Positions 36,447-46,872 are shown, counted from the first letter of the stretch. The stretch: 64,000 nt of DNA from Vulcanimicrobiota bacterium (GCA_050250895.1 JBFWNU010000001.1:1956791-2020790), one strand, 5' to 3'. The notes: generated by a model not told the origin, from the letters alone. A program made the numbers and translations.

Positions 36447-36906
36447 GGAAATCGGCCAGGGCCAGACCCACGCCGGCCCCGGTCAGTCCGCCGGCCGAGT
36501 AAGCCAGCACGTTGTGCAGGCCCGTGCCCAGTTGATAGCCACCATAGGCTCCCAAGCCCAGGCCCACGGCCGCGCCCAAGGAGGCGCCAGTAATGATCAA
36601 AGCCGCCTCTTGCCAGCTGTCGCTCTTGGCGGCCAGGCGGGCGCCTAGATAGCCTCCGGCCAGGGCCAGGGCGGCGCCGGCCACCAGACCTCCGCTGATG
36701 GCCCCGGTGCGAGCCGCCGCCAGTCCGACGAAGCCGGCCGTGGTGCGTCCTACCAATACCGAGCCCAGTCCGGCGCCGGCCAGGGCCGCGCCTCCGCGAA
36801 CAAAAAGGTCTTTTCCTGTCATCTGGGGTTGAACAGGTGGAAGTTGGTGCGCCCCCGCCCGCGGGGGTGCCGTCGGTCTGCTAACCCCTGCCGCTACAAC
36901 TCTCAT
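36433..36906 (-). CDS. Hypothetical glycine-zipper membrane protein
   Basis: GxxxG-rich hydrophobic segments; TAGAGT -10 box 5 nt before the ATG. Confidence 0.65.
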   Translation of the reverse strand: MRVVAAGVSRPTAPPRAGAHQLPPVQPQMTGKDLFVRGGAALAGAGLGSVLVGRTTAGFVGLAAARTGAISGGLVAGAALALAGGYLGARLAAKSDSWQEAALIITGASLGAAVGLGLGAYGGYQLGTGLHNVLAYSAGGLTGAGVGLALADFLMTR

Positions 36907-36995
36907 CGCCCCACTCTAGCCTGGCGAGTTTAGGGGATTTTGAACAATTCGTTACCAAAAGGGTAATGGTCTCCAAGCCAGAGAAATGATGGACG

Positions 36996-37349
36996 GTGGA
37001 ATATCAAGAGCTGGTGCGAGATGAACTGGTGACCGATTTCGTCACCCATCAGTCACTCTACGTGATTCGCCTCGAGACGGGTGCTCGCATCGAGGTGACC
37101 CGCTGCTTCACTCGCCAGCCCCCCATCGAAGACGAACACAATTACGCCACCTTCATGTGGGTCAAGTCGCTGCAGGGTCTCTTCTTGCTGCGCCAGCAGT
37201 TCTACCAGGGTCGAGCCCTGGGCTGGCAGCTGGTGCGCGAGGTCACGCCAGTCGATGGCGGTTTGCATTTCTTTGAAGAGTTCGACGACCAGATACTCGA
37301 CTACATCACCTCACGCCAGCTCCACCGGCTCGACCCGCCGGTCGATTAG
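36996..37349 (+). CDS. Hypothetical protein
   Basis: Globular-looking 117 aa ORF filling the gap between genes. Confidence 0.7.
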   Translation: MEYQELVRDELVTDFVTHQSLYVIRLETGARIEVTRCFTRQPPIEDEHNYATFMWVKSLQGLFLLRQQFYQGRALGWQLVREVTPVDGGLHFFEEFDDQILDYITSRQLHRLDPPVD

Positions 37350-40300
37350 CCGGCCACTTCGAGTTCGAAGTCACCCACTCGCACCCGCTCTTCGCCCACC
37401 TCGAGGTCGGCCGTGCTGCCTCGCTCAGAGAGTGAGGCTAACAGGGCCTGGGTGAGGTCTTGACTGGCCAGGAGATCGGCCTGAACAGCGTAGCGCAGCA
37501 GTTGGGCAAGCCCCAGGCGAGGGAAACGCCCGCTTGCCTGGACCTGCTGCACGGCCTGCAGGGTCGAGAAGGCTTTGGCGCCATCGCCCTGGTGAAGCTT
37601 GTGCAAGCCCTCATACGCTCGCACCAGGTCCTCGAAGCGGTTGGCCGGATCCCGACTCGACTCGAGCCGTTGCCAACTGGCCAGAGCCTTGGCCGGTTGA
37701 GCCTCGAGCTTGACCAGCCCTTCGAACAATCTCACCCGGGTGGCCTGGTCCTCGTCGCCCTGGGGCACGCGAATCTCTTTCCAGACGGCGTCGGCGGTGG
37801 CCGCGTCCGACAATTCCTGGCAACGGGCCAAGAGAGCGAAGGTCGAGTCGAGCTTGTCCGCATCGACCGTCTCTTCTTTCACCTGGGTCAGAAACGGGGC
37901 TAGCTCCGGCCGGCCGGCAGACAGACGGGCCCGGTCGAAAATCGAGACCTGGCTGTCGCTCTGGTCGAGGGCCTCGAACTGCTTGCGGCCCTTCTCTTCG
38001 CCTAGCTTGTTGATCAGATAGCTCAGGGCCTCCACTCGCTCAGGCCCGGCCTGAGGTCCCAGGCTCGACCAGAGGTTGACGGCCTCCTCCAGGCTGGTCT
38101 TCTCGGCCATGGCGTCCAGCCGGGTCAAAAACCGGGTCGGGTCGGGGTTGTCGGGAGCATAGGCCAGTTCTAGTAGCTTCTGGCTGGCCCCAGCGCCGGG
38201 CAGGGTCGACAGCGTGGTGGGGTTGGCCACCTGGCGCCGCAGCACGATGTCGGTGCAGCGCAGGGAAGCGCTCAGATATTGGGCCGGAGTGAGCTTGAAC
38301 CGCAATTTGATGACCTTATTGGCGTAATTGGCCAAAGAGACTGTTTCATCGACCGCCGTGTAGCCTTGATAGCTGCGAATGGCGTCCATCTTATTGTAGT
38401 CGCCCGCTTCCAAGAAAAGATAGGCTCCCGTAGGCACGTCCGGGGTGAGCCTGAAGATGGCCTGGGCGTCGGGTGGAATGGAAAGGTAGTTGCTAGAATA
38501 GATGGTGTCTCGACCCTCGGTGGTACGATTGCTAAAGATTTCGTTGATGGAGACGGTCTGATCGGGGAAGGCCGTGCCCACCTCGACCCGCAGCTTGGAC
38601 AGGTCGACGCTCTGGGGGTCGTCGGCCCTCAGACGAAGGCGGGCCTGCTTGCCCGGGGCGGTGACCGGGGCGTAGCCGTCCGAACGAGGGGTCAGCCGTT
38701 GCCAATCGCCGCCGTCAACCGAAGCCTCGAGCCAAACCTTGTCCGACCCGGTTAGGGCCACGGCCAGCTGTCCCTCGGAGGGCAGTGCGGTGGGCTTGCC
38801 GAGCTGCAACACGAGCCCTCGCTCCTGGTTGCCCCCGACGTTCAGGCCGTAGTATTTTTCGAAAAGGTGCTGCAGCTTCTGGACTCCCGCGCCCGAAAGG
38901 GGTTGCTCGAGCTGTTTGCGGTTGAGGGTGGCTATCTGGTCGAGGTCGAGCAGGTTGCGCAGCTGTCGGGAGAGAGGAGCCAGCGCCTCGAGGTCGGCCT
39001 GGCGCTCAGGGTGCTCAGCCAGGCCCTTGGCCAGCGCCTTGCCATGGCGGAAGCTGCCGGTGGCTTCGAGCCCGGTGGCCAGCGCCGCGAATTGATCGGG
39101 CTGCTGCTCGTAAGCCACGAAGGCCAGCCGGGCCTGATCGGAATCACTGGCCTGAATCAGGCGGGCCAGGCGTGGACCTGCCTCGGCCAACGGGGCCGAG
39201 CGGGCAGCCAGAAAGTCGTAGTCGGCCAGGGCTTGTGCGGACTGACCCTGATTCGCCTCGAGCAGCGCAGCCAGGGCGCAACGGCGGGCTTCGAGGGGCT
39301 GTTGAGAGCCGGGAATGTCCCGTCGGCACAGGTGCGAGGTCAGCTGTACGGCTGCCTCAGCAGTCCCGGCCAGGTGATAGAACCCGCAGGCCGTCTCTAG
39401 ATCGGGACTGGCCTTGAGCCGGTTCCAGACCTGCTCGGCCTGCTCGCCCGCCTTGTTGGCCACTTCGGGATAGTAGCTCAATACTTCGGTCTTGCCTTCG
39501 CTCAGCAGCCGGGTGGCCAGGGCGGCGTCGCCGTCGAGCCGAGCGACCAGATCATTCCAGCTCTGGCGCAATTGGGGATGCGCTGTGAGGAGCTGGTTCG
39601 TCTGAGTATACGACCCCAGGTCCGCGTGCTGGGCGAGTAAGTCGCGGTCGCCGCCCCCGGCGAGTAGCTGATAGGCCCGTCCCAACTCGTCGAGCGGTCG
39701 ATTTTTGGCTAACCAGTTCACCGTGTCCAGGTCGGGGCTGAGGTGGTTGGCCGTCAATTCGTCGACCAGCTGGATGGCCTGCTCAGGCTCGCATTCCTTT
39801 AGCGCTTCCATCAGTTGGCCAAGCTTTTGGACCTGCTCTGGCTTTTGGTCGTAGCGCCCCACCATGGCGCTGGCCTGCTGGCTGGAAGCGCCTGAGGCGA
39901 CGAGGTCGGCGAAGGCTTGGGTCTGGTTTTCACCCCACCTGTGAGCGCGCAGGCAGGCATACGCCTCGCGCACCTGGTCGCCGACCGCGCTCAGCCGCTC
40001 GAGGGGCGCGGCTGCCTGGGCCAGGCTTTCCTCGGGACGGCGACTGTCGATGACGGTGGCCAGCAGCTTGAGCGGCTCGGGATACTTTGGGTTGAAGCTA
40101 TCGAGCAAAGCCAGGCCGGCCTCGAAGTCGGTCCGGTTGAGCAGTTGCCAGGTGGCCTGATCGGCGGCTTTGCCCAGGGTCTGATGCATGAGGTCGGCCC
40201 GCTCCCGAGCGGGGGCCAGTTGCTCGAGACCGGCGCTGGCCGCCAACTGAGTGTCGAGTTGCCCCAGGTCCAGCCCGCGATAGCGCACCGCCACCTCGGC

Positions 40301-40990
40301 GTGTTGTTGGCGCCAAACCTTGAAAGGACTGGCCGGGAGTTCATATCCGTTCGCGCTCAGTTCGGTCAGTAGAGCGGCCCGCGGCGGGGCTTCGCCAAAG
40401 CCTTTGCTGAAGAAGGCAGCGGCCACCCAGGTGTCGGCGTGTTGGCTTTTGATGGTCTCGCCATCGACGACCATTTCCAGGGATTGGCCGGCTTTGAGGG
40501 ACTGATAGGCTCGATAGCCCTCCTCGCCGGCCAGGCTCAGCAGGGCACCGGCTAACAGCGGCGAGTCGAGTTTGCTGGTGTCGTGGCCGCCATAGAAGGC
40601 ATCGAGTTCGGTCAAGGTCTCGGTCTGGGTGAGGTGCTGGCGACCGAGCTTGGGGTGGTCGAATTCGACGGCCTTGCCTTGCTCGAGTTCCTGGGCGACC
40701 TCGGCCGGGCTGGCCTGGACCCATTTCTCGCGACCCCAGAAACTGGTCGCCTGCCGCTGAAAGCCAAAGCCCGCTCGGGCCAGCCGCTCGGCGCTGCTTT
40801 CTGCCTCTTGAAGCGCCACCTGGCCGGCCAGGTGAAGCATGGGACCGGCCACCGCGGCTGCGGGCAGCCCCGACGGCAGGGCTGCTCGCCTCGATAGGGC
40901 GACGCTGTCAGCCAAAGACGCGGCCGCGGCCGACCGGGCGGCCCGGGCAGGCCGCGAAGTAGGAGCATGGTTGAGACCCGAGATTTTCAC
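37346..40990 (-). CDS. Large hypothetical helical protein with internal beta-sandwich-like segment
   Basis: 1214 aa ORF; VWLEASVDGGDWQRL..RLRLR segment; low-complexity N-terminus. Confidence 0.8.
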   Translation of the reverse strand: MKISGLNHAPTSRPARAARSAAAASLADSVALSRRAALPSGLPAAAVAGPMLHLAGQVALQEAESSAERLARAGFGFQRQATSFWGREKWVQASPAEVAQELEQGKAVEFDHPKLGRQHLTQTETLTELDAFYGGHDTSKLDSPLLAGALLSLAGEEGYRAYQSLKAGQSLEMVVDGETIKSQHADTWVAAAFFSKGFGEAPPRAALLTELSANGYELPASPFKVWRQQHAEVAVRYRGLDLGQLDTQLAASAGLEQLAPARERADLMHQTLGKAADQATWQLLNRTDFEAGLALLDSFNPKYPEPLKLLATVIDSRRPEESLAQAAAPLERLSAVGDQVREAYACLRAHRWGENQTQAFADLVASGASSQQASAMVGRYDQKPEQVQKLGQLMEALKECEPEQAIQLVDELTANHLSPDLDTVNWLAKNRPLDELGRAYQLLAGGGDRDLLAQHADLGSYTQTNQLLTAHPQLRQSWNDLVARLDGDAALATRLLSEGKTEVLSYYPEVANKAGEQAEQVWNRLKASPDLETACGFYHLAGTAEAAVQLTSHLCRRDIPGSQQPLEARRCALAALLEANQGQSAQALADYDFLAARSAPLAEAGPRLARLIQASDSDQARLAFVAYEQQPDQFAALATGLEATGSFRHGKALAKGLAEHPERQADLEALAPLSRQLRNLLDLDQIATLNRKQLEQPLSGAGVQKLQHLFEKYYGLNVGGNQERGLVLQLGKPTALPSEGQLAVALTGSDKVWLEASVDGGDWQRLTPRSDGYAPVTAPGKQARLRLRADDPQSVDLSKLRVEVGTAFPDQTVSINEIFSNRTTEGRDTIYSSNYLSIPPDAQAIFRLTPDVPTGAYLFLEAGDYNKMDAIRSYQGYTAVDETVSLANYANKVIKLRFKLTPAQYLSASLRCTDIVLRRQVANPTTLSTLPGAGASQKLLELAYAPDNPDPTRFLTRLDAMAEKTSLEEAVNLWSSLGPQAGPERVEALSYLINKLGEEKGRKQFEALDQSDSQVSIFDRARLSAGRPELAPFLTQVKEETVDADKLDSTFALLARCQELSDAATADAVWKEIRVPQGDEDQATRVRLFEGLVKLEAQPAKALASWQRLESSRDPANRFEDLVRAYEGLHKLHQGDGAKAFSTLQAVQQVQASGRFPRLGLAQLLRYAVQADLLASQDLTQALLASLSERGSTADLEVGEERVRVGDFELEVAG

Positions 40991-41206
40991 ACCTTCAACT
41001 TAGGAGAAGATGCTCAAAACAGGCTGAAAGGCTTTGGAGAGTTGTTTGAAGGAGCGAGCGAGCCGGCAAAGATCTGGTAGCATTCCGGCAATAATCTTTA
41101 CACTTTTGCAACAACGGCTCCCCCGCAGAACGGCCGCCCCACGGTAACCTGTGAGCATACCTGCAAGCGTTGCGCCAATCCCCAGTCCCCTCGAGAGGAG
41201 TTCGTC

Positions 41207-41713
41207 ATGCCTGGTGTTAGACCGTCTGGACCTCAACCTGCCAAGGTGCGCCAAAAGAAGCAACTTGGAAAGACCGGTGGGGCTCGTCGCCGACCCTCCA
41301 ACCCACCCGACCAGCCGCGCCCTATCGGCAGTCAGGGAAAGCCCACTCCACCGAAGGCGGAAAAGCCCAGCGACTCGATTCAGAGTCTCGTGGATCAGTT
41401 CAAGAAGCTCTATCCCCAGGCTCCCGAGACGCCACCGTCAACTCCGGGGAAGACGCCCCCCTCCGATCCTGAGGATGGTGCCCCGACTCCTCCCTCCGCT
41501 CCGCCCGAGAGCACTCCGCCCAACTTCAATGACCCGTTCAATCCACCCCAAATGTGGTGTCCGCCAGCCAACTGGACGCCGCCCAAGCCCGAAGACCCTT
41601 TCAAGATCGATCCTGAGATGCTCAAACGGATTCAAGAGAATCCTATCGATTGGAACGATTTCGACCCGCTCAAACCGCCCAAGGACCTGCCCCCGGGAAC
41701 GTTGTGGTGTTAG
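41207..41713 (+). CDS. Proline-rich hypothetical protein
   Basis: GAGGAG SD; many PxxP motifs; ends in WC. Confidence 0.65.
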   Translation: MPGVRPSGPQPAKVRQKKQLGKTGGARRRPSNPPDQPRPIGSQGKPTPPKAEKPSDSIQSLVDQFKKLYPQAPETPPSTPGKTPPSDPEDGAPTPPSAPPESTPPNFNDPFNPPQMWCPPANWTPPKPEDPFKIDPEMLKRIQENPIDWNDFDPLKPPKDLPPGTLWC

Positions 41714-42459
41714 CTTCCCAGCGATAAACGGGCTCGGACCACGAAGTCGCTGAGTTCGCGCCGAGTGGTAGGCTCCATGGGAAGCCGACTGTCTTCAAAG
41801 GCACAGGCCAGCGCTTCCTCCAGCTTGTCCATTACGTGGAAGTGGCTGCCCTTGTCCTGGGTGGAGAGAAGCCCTTTCTCTCCACCTTTGACTTTGCGCT
41901 CGATGAGTTCCTCGATGCCCTTGAGGGGTAGCCGGCCGAGCAAGCTGGGCAGATGGGCTTCGATCTCGCCGGTGTCGAGCACATGGACGCCGGTCAAGGC
42001 CACGCGATAGGCGTAGAGAAGATCTTTCACGGTGGCCCCCTCGAGTTCGAGCCGCTTGCGCTGGTTGTGAAAAAAGCCGCGATAGTGATAGTAGAGCGGG
42101 CGAATCACGCAGCCTTGCCCGATGCGCCGAAGCTCTTCAAGCCAGCTGCTGCCGTAGACCACCAGAGGAGAGTACAACTGCTCGAGCACATAGCCATTGC
42201 GGCGGGTCATGAGCTGGCAGAACTTGAGCAGGTCGTGGGCTACCCAGTCGACCTCGATGTTCTCGAAGTGGCGGGTGACGCAGATCGAGTCCTTGGGAGG
42301 GTCCAGGCCCAGAATGTCGGGCAACCGATGGACGAAGGCGCCCCGCAGGTCGAGGTCGCTATCGGGCGAGGGAAAGCCATAAAGATGGGCGCCGCTGACG
42401 GTAGCGAATAGCGGTCGTGGGCCCTCGGCCAGGATCAACTGGTAGCGACTGAAGTCCAT
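41710..42459 (-). CDS. DNA polymerase beta superfamily nucleotidyltransferase (RlaP/YcgL-like)
   Basis: SGAHLYGFPSPDSDLDLRG, NGYVLEQLYSP, K.LLYAYR. Confidence 0.88.
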   Translation of the reverse strand: MDFSRYQLILAEGPRPLFATVSGAHLYGFPSPDSDLDLRGAFVHRLPDILGLDPPKDSICVTRHFENIEVDWVAHDLLKFCQLMTRRNGYVLEQLYSPLVVYGSSWLEELRRIGQGCVIRPLYYHYRGFFHNQRKRLELEGATVKDLLYAYRVALTGVHVLDTGEIEAHLPSLLGRLPLKGIEELIERKVKGGEKGLLSTQDKGSHFHVMDKLEEALACAFEDSRLPMEPTTRRELSDFVVRARLSLGS

Positions 42460-42516
42460 GGTGGCAACTTCGACCATCGCGGGGAGAGGCCCTTGGCGAG
42501 CGCGAAGTCAGGGGGC

Positions 42517-43383
42517 GTGCAACCTTTCTGGGAGAAGAACCTGATTCTCAAAGTTCGTTCGGGCAGCCAGGCCCACGGTCTGGCTACCGCCGAGAGCGAC
42601 TACGACTCGCGGGGAGTGTGTATCCCGTCCAAAGCCTACCTACTTGGCCTGGAGACGTTCGAACAGCACGAGTCCGAAGGCGGAGACCACGTGATCTATG
42701 CGCTGGTGAAGTTCGTGCGCCTGGCCCTGGAAGGCAACCCCAATCTGCTCGAGACCCTGTTTACTGAAGGCGACGATATCCTCTTCCTGCATCCTTACGG
42801 GCGCCGCCTGGTTGAGCAGCGCGAAGTGTTCCTGTCCCAACGGGTCGGCGAGCGTTTTGGCCGCTACGCTATCCACCAGTTGACCAAGCTCCAGCGTCAT
42901 TATGGTTGGCTGACCGATCCTCCCGACCGTGAACCTCACCCGAGCGACTATGGGGCCACCCCCAACGAGCACGGCTTTGACTTTCCCAACGCCTCGGTCG
43001 AACGCCAATACCGGGGTGAGCACAAGCGTTGGCGCAGCTACCTCGCCTGGCGGGCCAACCGCAACAAAAAGCGGGCCAAGCTCGAGGAAGAGTTCGGCTA
43101 TGACACCAAGCACGCTATGCATTTATGTCGCCTGCTCAAGATGGGTCAAGAGATTCTGGCCACCGGGCGGGTTCAGGTCCGCCGCCCCGACGCCGCGTGG
43201 TTAAAAGAGGTTCGTTCGGGGCGCTTCACCTATCCCGAACTGGTCGATTGGGCGGGCGAGCAAGAAGGCCGCCTGGCCGAATTGATGGCTACCACCCATC
43301 TACCCCCCGAGCCCGACCGGCATCAGGCCGAAGCCCTGGTGATCGAACTGCAGGAGCAAGCTCTCAAAGACGGCTTTGTCTAG
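42517..43383 (+). CDS. DNA polymerase beta superfamily nucleotidyltransferase (RlaP-like)
   Basis: SGSQAHGLA..ESDYDSRG, GNPNLLE.L, YDTKHAMHLCRLL; start 42517 or 42493. Confidence 0.88.
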   Translation: MQPFWEKNLILKVRSGSQAHGLATAESDYDSRGVCIPSKAYLLGLETFEQHESEGGDHVIYALVKFVRLALEGNPNLLETLFTEGDDILFLHPYGRRLVEQREVFLSQRVGERFGRYAIHQLTKLQRHYGWLTDPPDREPHPSDYGATPNEHGFDFPNASVERQYRGEHKRWRSYLAWRANRNKKRAKLEEEFGYDTKHAMHLCRLLKMGQEILATGRVQVRRPDAAWLKEVRSGRFTYPELVDWAGEQEGRLAELMATTHLPPEPDRHQAEALVIELQEQALKDGFV

Positions 43384-43412
43384 CTCGCGGGGTCGCCGCT
43401 GCCTCTGGCCCT

Positions 43413-43775
43413 CTACTCGCCCAGGAGCCGTTCGAGCATGTCGGCCAGGGCCGACATGCTGTACGGCTTGGCCAGGAAGGGCTCGCCCTGCAGCGAGCTG
43501 TGAAGCGAGCCGGCAGTGGCCACCAGGACGGGCAGGTCGGGCCGCACCGAGCGCAGCTGGCCCACCAGTTCAAATCCTTTCAGATGAGGCATGTCCTGGT
43601 CGGTAATCAGCAAGTCGAAGCGCCCGGGATCAGCCAGAAAGGCGTGGACGGCTTCCACCGGGTGGGTGAACACCTCGGCCTCGAAACCCAGGCGTACCAA
43701 CATACGCCCGAGGACCTGGGCTACCGGTGCTTCGTCGTCGACCACCAGCAGTCTCTTGGGGGAACCACTTGCCAT
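43413..43775 (-). CDS. Single-domain response regulator (REC)
   Basis: LLVVDDE, DLLITDQDMP, AKPY. Confidence 0.88.
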   Translation of the reverse strand: MASGSPKRLLVVDDEAPVAQVLGRMLVRLGFEAEVFTHPVEAVHAFLADPGRFDLLITDQDMPHLKGFELVGQLRSVRPDLPVLVATAGSLHSSLQGEPFLAKPYSMSALADMLERLLGE

Positions 43776-43904
43776 CTAACATACATAATATGCGAATGTC
43801 ACGATATCGTCACGGGGAAATTTTCCCTATTCGGAGAAACTCTCTGTGGGGTCCTCGTTGCCAGCCACGGAAGGGGCCCAAACATCCTCAGAGAAAGGAC
43901 AAGC

Positions 43905-45518
43905 ATGTCCTCGAGAGCCCAGGCCGCCATTGAAGCCGGCGATACTCTGGAAAACTTAGTCAACCAGTTCACCGACCCTTACGCTTGTTTGCGTGAGCTC
44001 ATTCAAAACTCGATGGACGCAGGCTCCACCAGCGTCAGCATCGAGTTCGAGTTCAAGCCCTACGAGAGCGGCGACAAGGGCATCATGATCATCCACGTCG
44101 ACGATACCGGCGAAGGTATGAACCGGACCATCATCGACACCAAGCTCACCCAGCTGTTCTCTTCGAGTAAAGAAGACGACCTGACCAAGATTGGCAAGTT
44201 CGGCATCGGTTTCGTCTCGGTGTTCGCGCTCAATCCCGAGGCCGTGATTGTCGATACCGGGCGCGACGGCGAGTACTGGCGGATCTTCTTCAAGAAAGAC
44301 CGCACTTTCGACCGCATCGTGCTCGATACTCCGGTCGAAGGCACCCAGATTCAGATCATCAAAGAAGCGGCCCGCCAGGAGTTCGACGCCGCCCGCAAAC
44401 GCAGTCTCGATACCATTGTCTATTGGTGTAAACACACCGAGGCCGAGATCACCATCGACGGCGAGGTCATCAACAAGGATTTCGAACTCGAAAGCCCCTA
44501 TCAGATGCGGCACGAAGAGACCGACACCGAGATCGTGTTGGCTCCCTCGGATGACCAACGCCCCTATTTCGGGTTCTACAACCGCGGCCTGACGCTCAAA
44601 GAGGGGCAAGAGGAGTACCTTCCCGGGGTCCAGTTCAAGATCAAGTCCCGTTACCTCGAGCACACCCTTACTCGCGACAATGTGCTCGAAGACGAGAACT
44701 ACGACAAGGCGATGAAGCTGCTCGAGAAGGTGGTCAACGGCAAGTTCCGAGATAGCCTCTTCGCCGCCGCGGCCAAACGTCGCGACGACAAGCTTTTTGG
44801 CTATCTAGTCTATCGGCTGGATCGTCGACTGCCCAAAGAACTCGCCAATTTACCCATCTTTCCCACTTTGCACGGCGGCAATTTGAGCATCAACGAACTC
44901 AAATCGCTGGCCAAGAAACAGAAAGAGGTCTTGTGGGAGCGCGAGGGCACGGCTGTCACCAAGGAATTGGCCGACAAGAAGTCGATCCCCGTGCTCCAAT
45001 GGGCCGGACCCGAAGTCGAGCCGGGGCTGGGTCGGTTGCTAGAAGCAGCTCTGGGTCGGGTGCCGATTCGCGCCACTGGAGAAGTGTGGGCTTTACCCAC
45101 GGTGATCACGAATTTGCCCGATAAGAACAGGCGGCTGCTGCGCAGCAGCGCCAACATCTTGCGGGGGGCGGGTAGCCCATACAAGGAACTGGTACCGGCC
45201 CAGTTCGATTATCCGGGGTCGACCATCAGCGACGATCTCTACATCGAGCAGGATGTGGCCGGCGAACTCCATCGCCGCGACGGGCGAGATGATAGGGGAT
45301 GGACCAGCTTTCTCTTTGGTAAGGCTCGAGGCAAGGTTCTGCTGGTGAATGTGAACCACCCGCTCATCGAGCCTCACTTCCGTTTGATGGACAATCATCC
45401 GGCCCTGGCAGCTTACCTGCTGGCCAAGGCTGTCACCCTCGACGACGGACTCGATGCGGCCACCGAGGCAAAACTGGTGGAGGCGGCACTCGAGGAGGAG
45501 AAGTCCCCTACGGCCTAA
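43905..45518 (+). CDS. HSP90-like GHKL ATPase
   Basis: LRELIQNSMDA, DDTGEGM, IGKFGIGFVS, GT, LLVNVNHPL; AAAGGA SD before ATG 43905. Confidence 0.85.
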   Translation: MSSRAQAAIEAGDTLENLVNQFTDPYACLRELIQNSMDAGSTSVSIEFEFKPYESGDKGIMIIHVDDTGEGMNRTIIDTKLTQLFSSSKEDDLTKIGKFGIGFVSVFALNPEAVIVDTGRDGEYWRIFFKKDRTFDRIVLDTPVEGTQIQIIKEAARQEFDAARKRSLDTIVYWCKHTEAEITIDGEVINKDFELESPYQMRHEETDTEIVLAPSDDQRPYFGFYNRGLTLKEGQEEYLPGVQFKIKSRYLEHTLTRDNVLEDENYDKAMKLLEKVVNGKFRDSLFAAAAKRRDDKLFGYLVYRLDRRLPKELANLPIFPTLHGGNLSINELKSLAKKQKEVLWEREGTAVTKELADKKSIPVLQWAGPEVEPGLGRLLEAALGRVPIRATGEVWALPTVITNLPDKNRRLLRSSANILRGAGSPYKELVPAQFDYPGSTISDDLYIEQDVAGELHRRDGRDDRGWTSFLFGKARGKVLLVNVNHPLIEPHFRLMDNHPALAAYLLAKAVTLDDGLDAATEAKLVEAALEEEKSPTA

Positions 45519-45569
45519 AAAGGACAGACCTCGCCCCGGCGTAACCAAAAAGCGGAGCCCTGAACCTAA

Positions 45570-45953
45570 GTGGAACCAGTCCTACGCAGCTTTCTATTTT
45601 GCGATTCGGTGGTGCCTGCCCACAACGGCAAGCTCACCTGCTATGGCTTGTTTTCCGATCTGTACTCGGCCACATTTCCGGTTACTCACCCGAAGTTCTC
45701 CATCCTGACCACCTGGGGCAGCGGCACGGGTTTTCACGTCCAGATCATCAAGATGTTCAACCCGGCCAAAACGGTGTTGCTCAATCAGTCGCCCGAGATG
45801 TACTTCACGCTCGAAGAAGAGAGTCAGACGGTGCATGTGCAGGTCGACGTCAATCAGGTGGTGTTCACCGATGACGGGGCCTACTATTTTCAGGTCTATC
45901 TCGATAATCGCATGGTCGCCGAGCACACTCTCAACTACCGTCGTATAGGCTGA
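45570..45953 (+). CDS. Conserved hypothetical beta-rich protein (DUF6941-like)
   Basis: FLFCD.V.....GKL...G.F...F...G.YYFQVYLD pattern. Confidence 0.65.
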   Translation: MEPVLRSFLFCDSVVPAHNGKLTCYGLFSDLYSATFPVTHPKFSILTTWGSGTGFHVQIIKMFNPAKTVLLNQSPEMYFTLEEESQTVHVQVDVNQVVFTDDGAYYFQVYLDNRMVAEHTLNYRRIG

Positions 45954-45999
45954 CCACGGCCTCATTGCCACGGGCCTCTGTAGGCGCTATACTAGGACC

Positions 46000-46323
46000 G
46001 TGGCTAAGAAAAAACGCTCCGGCGGTCTGTTCACCTTCTTCCTCTTCGTCATGTTTACCCTCGGCCTGGTGTCGGCCGGCGGCTGCATTTACGAGGGCTA
46101 TCTCTTCTGGGGTGATGCCACCGTCGTATTGAACGGCTGGGCTACCAAAGCGACTCTGGCCTACGCCTGGTTTGGCGGGGCCGCACTGATTCTGGGCGGT
46201 ATGTTGGTGGCTTTCCTGTTTGCGGTGCTGGGGACTGTCGCTCTGCGAGCCGCCAGCAGCAATGGCGAGAAGAAAGCCCGCCGTTCGTCGCGCCCTTTGA
46301 GCCGTCGCAAGACCTCGGTCTAG
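46000..46323 (+). CDS. Hypothetical two-TM membrane protein
   Basis: Two hydrophobic helices; TTGCCA-17-TATACT ends 6 nt before the GTG. Confidence 0.7.
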   Translation: MAKKKRSGGLFTFFLFVMFTLGLVSAGGCIYEGYLFWGDATVVLNGWATKATLAYAWFGGAALILGGMLVAFLFAVLGTVALRAASSNGEKKARRSSRPLSRRKTSV

Positions 46324-46836
46324 TTGCTCGTTCGCCCCGCCGCTCCGGCCGATTGTTCGGCCATCTCGGCCATTTATCGGCAATCGCAAGAAGCCTATGA
46401 CTCCACCATGGAGATGGGCACCAGCGAAGAGACCTTTCGCCAGCGTTTGGCCGGTCTGGGCGAGCGTGAGGCCCTGTTGGTACTGGTCGATCCCGAAGTG
46501 GTGGGTTGGGGAATCGTCAAGCAATACTCAGATCGCCTGGGCTATCGGGTGGCGGGTGAGACTTCCATCTACCTCGACCGTAGTCTGCGGGGCCGAGGCT
46601 ATGGCACTCGCCTGCAGCAAGCGCTCATAGAGCAATGCCGCGTCTTTGGCTACCATCACGTGGTGGCGCGGATCTGGGCCTCCAATGAGAACAGTATCTC
46701 TTTTCATCGGAAGTTTGGCTATGAGTTGGTGGGTGTCCAGAAAGAGGTAGGCTTTCTGGGCGGGCAATGGCGTGATGTGGCGATCCTGCAGCGTCTCTTT
46801 GCCGAAGTCGGTCCCTATCGCCCTGACCTGGGGTGA
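46324..46836 (+). CDS. GNAT acetyltransferase (phosphinothricin acetyltransferase/YncA-like)
   Basis: ETSIYL...RGRGYG, NENSISFHRKFGY..VG..KEVG...G.WRDV. Confidence 0.88.
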   Translation: MLVRPAAPADCSAISAIYRQSQEAYDSTMEMGTSEETFRQRLAGLGEREALLVLVDPEVVGWGIVKQYSDRLGYRVAGETSIYLDRSLRGRGYGTRLQQALIEQCRVFGYHHVVARIWASNENSISFHRKFGYELVGVQKEVGFLGGQWRDVAILQRLFAEVGPYRPDLG

Positions 46837-46872
46837 GAGGACCAGGCCGTTCGTCAGAGAAGGTGACCAGGC

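Noticed and set aside
43125-43904. Extended N-termini in the ORF track (43125, 29993, 58433, 51542, 26192, 5417 starts)
   Set aside because: They overlap neighbouring real genes; downstream starts with an SD or stop-start coupling fit better
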